From Piromyces finnis finn (taxonomy: Eukaryota > Fungi > Neocallimastigomycota), in contig MCFH01000033.1 in NCBI GenBank assembly GCA_002104945.1, positions 530,715 through 594,714 of the forward strand: DNA of 64,000 nucleotides, written 5' to 3'. The position numbers were made by a program, and so were the translations under genes. Numbering within the stretch: the first letter of the stretch is position 1; each line of letters starts with the position of its first letter. Positions 53,731 through 64,000 of the stretch are shown here, piece by piece. The notes under the pieces are model-generated. The model had not been told where the DNA came from. It saw only the letters and a program-made list of their open reading frames with translations, and searched no databases.

Positions 53731-54950
53731 AAAAAAAATTAAAGAAAATTATTTAGAAATTGAGAAGTATATTAAAGAAAAATAAAAGAATAAAAAATAA
53801 GTAATACAACAGAAATCTATATATATATTGTATAAATTATATATATTATATGGATTATATAAATTATAAAAATTATATAAATAATGAAATTTAATATTGA
53901 ATGAGATCAGATCGGAGAAGTATTTTATAGAAAGTATATTATATTATTATTATTAGTCAGGAATAATAGAAGCTTTACGGAATAATATCTAATTATAAAT
54001 TTAAATGCAATTTATTAACTCTCAATTTTAAATGATCAAGGAAGAATGAAAGAATAATTTTTTTTTTTTTTTTTTTTTTTTTGCAATTAGGAATTTATAA
54101 GAATATGTATATTTTTTTTATTTAATTTAATTATAATAGTTTATATATATTGTTACAATTATTTATTTATTTTTAGGCACCCGAGGCACAGTGACTATAA
54201 AGACTTTCGGATCCCTACTAAACCCCCACCTTTAAATGATAAATTTTCACTTCCAAAGTTCTGCTCCTTACTCAGGATTTTCAGCCGAACTTGCTACTCT
54301 CTTACTTGAGAATCAAATAAAGGCTGTCTAGTATACCTACTCCCTCTTGCTGAGTGTGTACCCGCCTTACTCTCTAAATAATAATTGCTTTAATTATTGC
54401 TATATTTCGAACTCAGTCTATTATATAACAACAACCAATATATACTTACTATTTTTTTTTTTGTTATAATTTAAATTAAAAAATTTTTAGTCAATAATTA
54501 AGAATATTGAAATAAATTATTCGCTTAATATGTAGGTAGCCTTAAGCTAAGAAGTTTTTCATTCAACAGCCGCCTCTACAAATAAGCACTGGTGAATTAA
54601 TTTATTCTCTTAATTAAGAAATAAAAATTGTATATTTAATTCAAATTATGATCTTATTATTAACTGCTGAGAAGGATTAACTTTTTTCCTAGTTTTTACT
54701 ATCACACTGATCCCCTGGATAGATCAGAAATATAACAAACTAACTGAATGGATTAAGTTATCCTTATTAATAATAAGAACGGAAACGATTATAGGAATTA
54801 TAGAAATTTTCTTCCTTGTGTAACGTATATGACTAACTATTAATCACTTAATCTTTAATTTCTTAAATACCCTTTTTAGAAATATTAAAATTTTTATAAT
54901 TTTAAAATTATATATATTTCCTTTTATATATATAATTAAATTTTTTTTTT

Positions 54951-54985
<35 letters not shown>

Positions 54986-55107
54986 AGAAGAATATATAAT
55001 AAAATTAAATTAAGTGTAAACTGTTTTTTTATAAACGCTTAATATCTTAGAATTTATTAGTATTATTATTAATATTATTCTTTTTCATATCTTTGGTCAC
55101 GCCCGGA

Positions 55108-55117
55108 TTCTCCACCA
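55108..55117 (-). promoter_or_regulatory. E2 primer-binding site, probably tRNA-Ala
   Basis: Minus strand TGGTGGAGAA, 8 nt from the 5' LTR; identical 10-mer to the E1 PBS. Confidence 0.75.
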
Positions 55118-55125
55118 AAATTTTA

Positions 55126-56201
55126 TGATGCGTTGACCGATATATTTTTGAATAATATAATATTTTTAATAAATAATAAATTCTAATATTTATGATGAAA
55201 CAATAAATTTAAAATAAAATAAAATATGTTTTATAATTAACAAATAAATCACTCAAAAACTCGAAAATAAACTCTTTTTATTATGTTTAAATTATCTCTT
55301 TATTATATTTATAATTTATTTATTGTCTATTTATTGTCCCCCCTTTATAAAGAAGAATTTTATCTTCCTTTTATACATTTTCATTTATTACATGTATTAT
55401 TATTTTTAACTATTAAATGTTATTATTACTATTGTTATTATTTATTAAAATTAAAAGAATAAATTAAAATTATGTCTTAGTATTATAAAATATTATAGAA
55501 TATTACTTATTTGATTTTCTTATTACTTCAAAATGTTTAAATTTAGAAAAATTATTATAAATTATCATTGACTATCATTAAATGTATAATACCTTGAATA
55601 AAATAATTAAAATTTAAAATTAAAATAATATTAAAATAAAATTAAAATGAAATTAAAATATTAAAAGTATCAATTATTATAAACACTCATTTTATACAGA
55701 AACATAAAAGAGTTCTGTATTTTATCTTTGAAATTGTTATTATTGTTCTATTTCCAGGCTTTAAATTAATCACTTTTAGTAATAATTACTCAGTTATTTA
55801 TTTGTTAATTTATATATATAAGTTTGAAAGAATTTCTAAAGAACACTTGGATAAAACACTAGAATTAATAATTTAATGTATATCATTTTATTTTTTTAGT
55901 TTATTTATTCATTTTTATTTACTTATTATTATTTTATTATTTTAATACATTTTTGGATTGAGTCGTTTTATTTTATTTAATAATTTATTTTATTATTATC
56001 TCTATTAAGTCGTTTTTATTCATAATTTATTATTTAATAAAGAGAATATTATTTATTTAAAAGAAAGGGTTATATTTCCATAAAATTATTATTTATTCAT
56101 TTTTAAGGGTTATTATCTTTTATTTTTATTATAAGTCGCTATGGGTTAAGTCGTGTTTATTCGGCTAGTTTTTATTACGTTTTTATGTGAGTAGCGTATC
56201 A
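55126..56201 (-). repeat. E2 5' LTR
   Basis: Copy of 45647-46722, adjacent to the PBS. Confidence 0.95.
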
Positions 56202-56208
56202 GATATTT

Positions 56209-56758
56209 GTCGTTCCAGTTTTTATCCTGGTTGTTAAGGCGTTTCCTTAGCATACATAAGGCTTCTGGTTCGACCCCGCAGATGTCAGTGCCTGTGGATT
56301 TTCCCACTGGGTTTGCCATGGGTTGGGTTATGATATTCAGGTAAGTATAAATGAACTTTCTAATTTACTACTATGATAATAACACTCGTCTAGCCGGCCT
56401 GAGAGGGTCTAGTGTACATGGTACATTCCAAATTAGAACTTAATAAGTGGTGATTTAGGCTATGCCAAAAACACATAATATTCCTTAATCAATTTAAGTG
56501 TAAACATTAGGGGGCGGTTGACACGTGATCAAATTGACTATAAGAGGCTTAGCATTGTAGTTGTGAAATATCGTACAACGACATGCATCTAATGTACATG
56601 GATTAAGTGAGCGTCGAAGCTGAAGAAACAGTATGACAGACCAGGAGGGTCACAACCACCTAGCAATAGGAATGAGCCAACGTTTCTCTAAGAACCACCA
56701 TTGGGACTAACTTCAATTGATGGGAGAAATGCACTCGGAAGTTAAAAAAAAAAAAAAA
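56209..56758 (+). mobile_element. tRNA-derived SINE-like retroposon (~550 bp)
   Basis: Degenerate A-box TATCCTGGTTGTTAAGG (56223-56239), B-box GGTTCGACCC (56267-56276), GC-richer body, A15 tail (56744-56758). 14-bp TSD TTAAAAGGATATTT: right 56759-56772, left = 39031-39041 plus 56206-56208 once E1 and E2 are removed. Confidence 0.78.
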
Positions 56759-58371
56759 TTAAAAGGATATTTAGAGTGTTTATAATTACTATTAAAATCA
56801 TTTATGCCTTTTTGGTGAAGTTTATAGCCCATATCAAAGAATTTTTTGTATTTAATATTTTCCTTAATAATTCGCATAATTTTTTAATTTAGATTGAGTG
56901 ATTTAATTTACAATAATTAAAAATAAAAAACATTACAATTTTATTATTAAGTTTAAAGGCCATTATTAAATATGTTGTTATTTGACTATTAAGTAACGAG
57001 TAAAATAAAAATATATTAAATATCTTTTCATAATTACAACTAGGTTTGTAATTGTTTAATTATTATTAATTAAATATTTGTAAAACTATTATAAAGCATT
57101 ATAATATTTACTAATGAATGATAAAAATATAAAAAAACTTAAAATATTAAATATAAAAGAAATACTCATAACCCATGTAAATAATTTTATATTTTTTATA
57201 ATTTAAATAAAATAAATTTATGTTTTCTATTTAAGTAAAAATAAATAAATTTTATAATATTTAAAAAAAAATAATTTTATTCTGTATTTTAAAAAATTAG
57301 TTTCTATATCAATATTAAATATTATTATTATAATATATAAAATAAAATAGATATTATAGAAATTATCTATTAAAATTCTAAAATTATTGAATAAAGTTTA
57401 TATATTTAAAGTTTTAAATTTTTCATTGATTTTATATCCTCTAGTTTTTATATTATCATAGCATATTGTAAAAGTCATATGTTATATCAGTTTTAAAATG
57501 ATATAAATAATAGTGGAAAAAAGGAAAATTAAAGTTTTAATAAACTTTAACTGTCTATTTTATATTACACCCATATAGAAAAAAAAATTGATGTAAATAA
57601 ATAAAATAGCTGAGCTTTTCCAATTATAAACATAATATTTTTATATACATCTTATTATTAATATTATTTTATATATTCAAGTTATTTAGTATAATAAATA
57701 AGTTATCATTATTATTTTATTTGTGTGAATATATAAAAAAAAATATATTATAATGTAATTGGAAGAAAACTATTCTATTTAAAATATATAAAATATATTC
57801 TAACTTAAAGTTAATATAATTTAATATGAGATATTTATTTTATTTAACTTTTAAATATTATATATATATATATATTATTTTTAGCTACAAATTTATTACA
57901 TTAAAGAATAAAAAACTTATGGGATATATTTAATAAAGATAAAACAAAGTGTTATAGGTATTATAGTAATAAAATAATGACTGTTAATAATTATTAATTA
58001 AATATTCAAGTAATTGATATAATCTTAGTCAATTATAAATATATTTTTATTACTATAATGAAAAAAAATACATAGAATATATTTATTAATTTATAAAATA
58101 TACCTTTATATACTTTTATGCGTTATGATAATTTATTATATATATAGATAAATCTTTCATTTCCTCACCGATGTTTATAGGATATAATTTTTGTAATATA
58201 ATAAACAATACTTTTTCTTGGTGACGTTTTTAGCCCGTACCAAAAAAGATTGTTGGTTTTTTATTTTTTCCTTAATAGTATAAATTTTTAAGTTGAATGG
58301 TTTTATATTGTAAATGGAAATTAATAATTAACTATTGAATCTTATTAAAATTGTTATAATACCATAAACTA

Positions 58372-58490
58372 GACAGACTGGGAGGTCACAACCACCTAGC
58401 AATAGGAAGGAGTTAACATTTCTCTAAGAACCACCATTGGGACTAACTCTGATTGATGGTAGAAATGCACTTTGTAGTTAAGAAAAAAAT
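58372..58490 (+). mobile_element. 5'-truncated copy of the same SINE/LINE 3' tail
   Basis: Aligns with 56635-56750 (GGTCACAACCACCTAGCAATAGGA...CTCTAAGAACCACCATTGGGACTAACT...AGAAATGCACT); A-rich end; 9-bp TSD CATAAACTA (58363-58371, 58491-58499). Confidence 0.85.
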
Positions 58491-59257
58491 CATAAACTAA
58501 TAAACTTTACCTATTAATAATTTAATAATTCACATGTTTTAAGAATATTTAATATTTATATACGTTTTAGTAATATTATCAGCCATTTTTATAGTATAAC
58601 TTTAATCCGTTATTATTGTCTATTTTATATTTATCATAAATAAACTTTATTATATGTTATAAATTAATATTAAACTTTATATTAAAATAATTCTAACAAT
58701 TGTATATTATATAAAGCTTAATTTAGATAAATTTTTATTTTAAAATAATATTCTTTAAATATTAATTAATGGATAAAGCTTATTATAATATTTATTTCTA
58801 TAATATATTTTTATATTTTTATTAATAAGTGTAATCATATAAATAATTATATGTTACAGTATATTAAAGATTAAAGTAAATATAGATTTCAATTTTGTAA
58901 TATTTTTATAAAATAAAAGAAAACATAAATTTTATAATTATTTTTTTTACAATTTGTGTAAATTATTATTTATTATTATTTAGGTGGATAAATATATGAC
59001 AAAAGAGTCTTATACTTTATATTATATTTATAGATATTAAATATTTATTATAATTAAGTATGTAAAATTATAAAAACTTAATAATTTATTTAATTATTTT
59101 CACTTTTTTAAATGGATAAAAAAACAGAAGTTATATATTTTGTTATTTTTATTATTATGAAATAAATTGATATATATTTTTATAATCATAATTAAAAAAT
59201 TTTTATAAATTTATTTAACAATACATTTATATATACTAAATAATTATTAATTTTATT

Positions 59258-61889
59258 CTATATATATCCGTTATCAAATTTGCTACTTCTAACCATCGCA
59301 GAATCTGTTGTAGGTGCTGTTATAATTGTTTGTTTGCCTACATTTCCGTTATACTTGTTTTTCTTGTGATATTCAATAATTTTGGCAGTTATACCCATTT
59401 TACTTTTTGTATTCATGGAATTTCTTGAATCAGATTGTATATTCTTATTTTATATGAAATTGAACTATCATTTAATTTATTAATGCTACCACTTAAAAAG
59501 TTATCTTCTTTATTTTTTTAAAATGAAATATAAAAATAATTTATATCCATAGATTAAACAATAATTTGATAATGAAAACATTATATAAATAATTTCATTT
59601 AATAAAAAGGAAACAATATAATTATTGATGTTTAATGTTTCAGTGATTATTAAAAAAATTGAATCAAGAATATCTAAACAAATTGCTCCACATAAATTTA
59701 TAATTTCATAATGGATTTCTTTAATATTCCATTCAATGAATATAAGTAATAAAAATACTAAAAATATTAAAACTTTATATAAAATAAATAAAATATGAAC
59801 AAATTTTCCAAATGTTTCGTTTAATGAACATATCTCGAAATTAACATCTCCATTATTTATATTAAATACAAAATTAACTTCATATGGTTTTATGAATGAG
59901 AGTCCATCAAGAATCAATTCAATTAAAATAAAAATGAATAAAAAGATATATCTATTATTTTTAATCCATGTTGAATATTTATTTTCTTCTGGGAAATAAA
60001 CAAATAATTTATGTAGAATAGGTATTAAATTTAGTGTAATACCAAATGTAACCATAATCCATTTAAATTGACATTTAAATTTCGATATATCACCATATTC
60101 TAGAAAACCAGCACCTAATATTAAGCATAATCCTAATATTGAAATGAACCAAAATCTTTTGATAAAAAGTTATAGTATTTTTTAAATTTTAATATAAAGT
60201 AATACAAGTGATAAACCAAATATCATCATTAATCCTGATAAAATTCCAATGAATAATAGAGCAAGAGAAGAATTATCATCTTCATCTAACGATATTTTAT
60301 ATATTTTTTGAATAATCATTAATTTCATGAAGTACTTGAGATGCAGTTTTATTTCCATATAAATATTCAAAAACACGTTCTCTAAAAAATGCTGAATATT
60401 CATCATAATCTTATTAACATGTGTTGGTCTATTAATAAATTGAATATTCTTAACTAATTCACAATCCACAATTTTGCATACTTCTTCATCATCATATAGT
60501 TCCATTATTCCTGTTGCTATATTAGACGATGCCATTAATTCTTTTTGAGTTTCTTTCGATGTTAAATATTCAATAAAAAGGGCGGCACCTTTTTTTTTTT
60601 CTTCACTTGAAAATAAATTAATACCAATATTTGAACCACCAACACAAGATCCAGATATTCCAGATTTTCCACCAGGTAATAATGTTGTTTATATTTCATT
60701 GAGTATATATTATTCCAATATTTTAAAAATATAGATCTTCCATTCATTAATTTATTAATTGTATAAGGAATAACAGACTGGAATTCTTCATCTATTTTAT
60801 ATTTTAAATATGTTATTATTTTATAATTATTCATAATTTATTGTTTTAAGAAACCTTACCAGAAGATATTCTTTCTTTTATTTCTTTTATTTTTTCTAAA
60901 GCTTTATTGCATTTTCACTTAATAAATCTGGAAATGGATCATTTTTGATTTCTAAATGAATACATTATTTCGTATATAGAACACATTCCTGATGATACTT
61001 TTAAAGTTATAAAATATAATTAAATTAAATTTAATAATATCATAATTTATTTATATATAATACTACTATCAAATAATCCATTATATGCTGATAAATCAGA
61101 ATTAGGATTTTTTTTCTATCCTCTTTAAGAATATATTCAGCTGTATCGATTAATTCATTCCATGTTGTTGGAACTTCTTGATAATTCTTTAGTATTTCTT
61201 CATTTACATATAAGACATTAAAGTCTACTTCAACAGGCTATTAATAATATAATATTTTAATATCCATTATATCCATTAATTTTAATAATATGTGATGTAA
61301 ATTAAATTAACTATATATAATATATATATATATTATTTTATGTATCAAAAAAGAAAAACGAATATTTACCAATCCAACCCATTTATCATTATAGGTACAT
61401 GTTTCAGAAGCTATTCCTGAAGAATACATATCAATATTTCTTTTGGTAACACTGTTCTTAAATCTACTAAATATGGTCCAAATCTTATCGGGTATACATT
61501 ATCATAAAAATTACATCATATTTTCCTTCTTTCTTTTTAAGCATTGTTTCAATTGTCGTTCCATAATCGTTTATAAATTGAGTAGCATTTGCTAATGTTA
61601 AAAGATTTAATTTAACTTCAACATCTAAACCTTTTCTTCAGCTTGGACTATTAAACTTTTTTATTAAATCTGTATATTCAAAATCATTACTATATGTGAA
61701 TGCAATAATATTAACAATATTCTTACATTTAGCTTTTCAGTTTTATTTAGATAATATATTTAAACATATAGATATTAATATTTAATATGAATTTTATTAT
61801 ATAGAAAAATGTACTATTTCATAAGTATTGTCTATTTACTTATTTTATATAAAGTGTTGTTAAAAATATCAAATATATATATATTTCAT
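59258..61889 (-). pseudogene. SBP-GPCR copy E (C-like body, distinct C-terminal tail); frameshifted, either pseudogene or sequencing error
   Basis: Near-identical to copy C from ~59520 to 61889 but with many 1-bp deletions, mostly in homopolymers. The tail differs (…KIIEYHKK…TTDSAMVRSSKFDNGYI*). Confidence 0.7.
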
Positions 61890-62289
61890 TAATGATTTTT
61901 TTTTCTTTATTAGTATTACTTTAAAATTTAATAATTTCATATAGCTTTATTTTATTTTTTTATTTTTATATTTAACTATTAAAAAAGAATTATATACTTA
62001 TTTTACTTTTAAATATATCAATATAATAACTTTAAAAAAATTTATCAAATAATATAAGATTTTAAAGATTTTAATATAAATAGAGTTAGCAATTTATATT
62101 AATAAAAATATAATCGTAAAACCAATTCAAATAAATATTTATTATTTATAAATATTAGATTAATAAAAGGAATTAATTCAATATATTTAATATTAATAAA
62201 TTATATATATAAATGGGTGTTTATTTTAATACATTTATTTGGTTTCTTAGTTTATAAACTAATATATATTACTGTTTAAATAATTATTT

Positions 62290-64000
62290 TCAATTTGCCT
62301 TATTAAATATAGCTATCATATCTATTACTTTTAGCAAACTCTGAACTTGTTGATGTATATGAAAAATCATTTAAACTGTTTTTGATGATATTCAATAATT
62401 CTTTTAGTAATTTTATTAGAAGCTTTAGAGTCTTTAGTATCTAATTGATTCGGATTTTTAATTTGAGTAGAATTCTCATAATTTTTAATATCTGAGTTTT
62501 TCATCTATACTTTTTTGAGTAAAATGTAAAAATATCTATATCCATAGATTAAAAATAATTTGATAATGAAAACATTATATAATTTTTTAAATAAAAGGAA
62601 CAATAAATTATTGATGTTTATGTTTCATGATTATTAAAAAAACTGAATCAAGAATATCTAAACAAATTGCTCCAATAATTTCTAATTTCATAATGGATTT
62701 CTTTAATATTCCATTCAATGAATATAGTAATAAAAATACTAAAATATTAAAACTTTATATAAAATAAATAAAATATGAACGAATTTTCCAAATGTTTCGT
62801 TTAATGAACATTTCTCGAAATTAACATCTCCATTATTTATATTGAAATACAAAATTAACTTCATATGGTTTTATGAATGAGAGTCCATCAGAATTAATAT
62901 TCAATTAAAATAAAAATGAATAAAAAGATATATCTATTATTTTTAATCCATGTTGAATATTTATTTTCTTCAGGGAAACAAACAAGTAATTTATGTAGAA
63001 TAGGTATTAAATTTAATGAAATCCAAATGTAACATAATCCATTTAAATTGACATTTAAATTTCGATATATCACCATATTCTAGAAAACCAGCACCTAATA
63101 TTAAGCATAATCCTAATATTGAAATGAACCAAAAATCTTTTGATAAAAAGTTATAGTATTTTTAAATTTTTTAATATAAAGTAATACAAGTGATGAACTA
63201 AATATCATCATTAATCCTGATAAAATTCCAATGAATAATAGAGCAGAAGAAGAATTATCATCTTCATTTAACGATATTTTATATATTTTTGAATAATCAT
63301 TAATTTCATGAAGTACTTGAGATGCAGTTTTATTTCTATATGAATTTTAAAGCATGTTCTGTAAAAAATGCAGCATAGCATATAATCTTTTTTGGTTTAG
63401 TAATGTATTGAATATTTTTATATACTTTACAATTTACAACTTCACAACTTCTTATCATTGTATAAATCCATTACCTGATATATATATAATATTTGTGATT
63501 CTTTTTGAGTTTCTTTTGATGTTATGAATTTAATAAAACAGCAGCATCAGCAATATTTTTTTCACTTGAGAATGAATTAATACCGATATTTGAACACCAC
63601 ACAAGATCCAGATATTCCAGATTTTCCACCAGGTAAACGATATCGAGTATATTTTGTTGTTTTTATAGTATCCAATATTTTAAAAATATTGATCTTCCAC
63701 TTGAAAATTTTGCCATTGTATAAGGAATAACAGATTGGAATTCTTCATCTATATTTATTTTATTCGTATTAATGCTATGCTATTATTTTTATATCATTAT
63801 TACTATAAATTTTAATTTTAATATATTTACCAGAAATATTCTTTCTTTTATTTCTTTTATTTTTTCTAAAGCTTTTATTGCATTTTCACTTAAATACATT
63901 GGAAATGGATCATTTTTTCATTCTAAAAGAGTATATTATTTTCATAAATTGAGCTCATTCCATAGATTCTATTTTAATTTCAAAATAAACATTATTTACA
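62290..64000 (-). pseudogene. SBP-GPCR copy F (D-like), truncated by the window end, heavily frameshifted
   Basis: Matches 36006-~37770 with dense 1-bp deletions; intergenic 61890-62289 matches 35594-36005. Confidence 0.7.

Larger units (their letters stand above)
45647..56201 (-). mobile_element. Ty3/gypsy LTR retrotransposon E2 (different family), gag interrupted
   Basis: 1076-bp LTRs (45647-46722, 55126-56201), PBS 55108-55117, PPT 46727-46736, gag-pol on the minus strand, TSD GATA (45643-45646, 56202-56205). Confidence 0.96.

Noticed and set aside
54170-54850. Hammerhead, HDV-like ribozyme or group I intron core (also checked 56280-56700)
   Set aside because: No CUGAUGA..GAAA core, nested HDV pseudoknot or convincing P7 pair found by eye.
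56202-56290. Functional tRNA (GATATTT...AGATGTCA looked like an acceptor stem)
   Set aside because: GATATTT belongs to the SINE TSD, the anticodon stem cannot pair and the T-stem is mismatched; kept only as a tRNA-derived head.
58218-58243. Hairpin TTGGTGACG...CGTACCAA as a Helitron end or terminator
   Set aside because: No downstream CTRR and no other element boundary found.
59267-59277. ATCCGTTATCA matching the E1 LTR 3' end
   Set aside because: Only 11 bp, inside the copy E coding tail (FDNGY), with no further LTR similarity.

Overview
Extremely AT-rich, intron-containing eukaryotic DNA, most consistent with an anaerobic gut fungus (Neocallimastigomycota). This is inferred from base composition, short GT-AG introns and the SBP-GPCR family. 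Bases 1-24 kb hold ordinary genes: SPRY protein (5' truncated), TFIIIB subunit BDP1, two orphans, a TM+SH3 protein, a FAF2/UBX protein, and an intronless 1200-aa ankyrin protein built from four ~296-aa modules. Bases 25.4-38.6 kb hold four tandem minus-strand genes fusing a bacterial-type solute-binding domain to a class C-like 7TM receptor. A frameshift-riddled near-duplicate of the last two lies at 59.3-64 kb. Between them is a 17.7-kb transposon nest whose history can be read from target-site duplications (TSDs). A tRNA-headed, polyA-tailed SINE-like retroposon inserted first (14-bp TSD TTAAAAGGATATTT). Two different young Ty3/gypsy retrotransposons then both inserted at the same GATA inside that TSD, just upstream of the SINE's Pol III-type promoter (GATA-E1-GATA-E2-GATA-SINE). 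A 788-bp solo-LTR-like insert splits the gag of E2 and may be spliceable in frame. The shared insertion site is the most interesting signal: possible Ty3-like Pol III-promoter targeting, here of a SINE. All alignments were done by eye.
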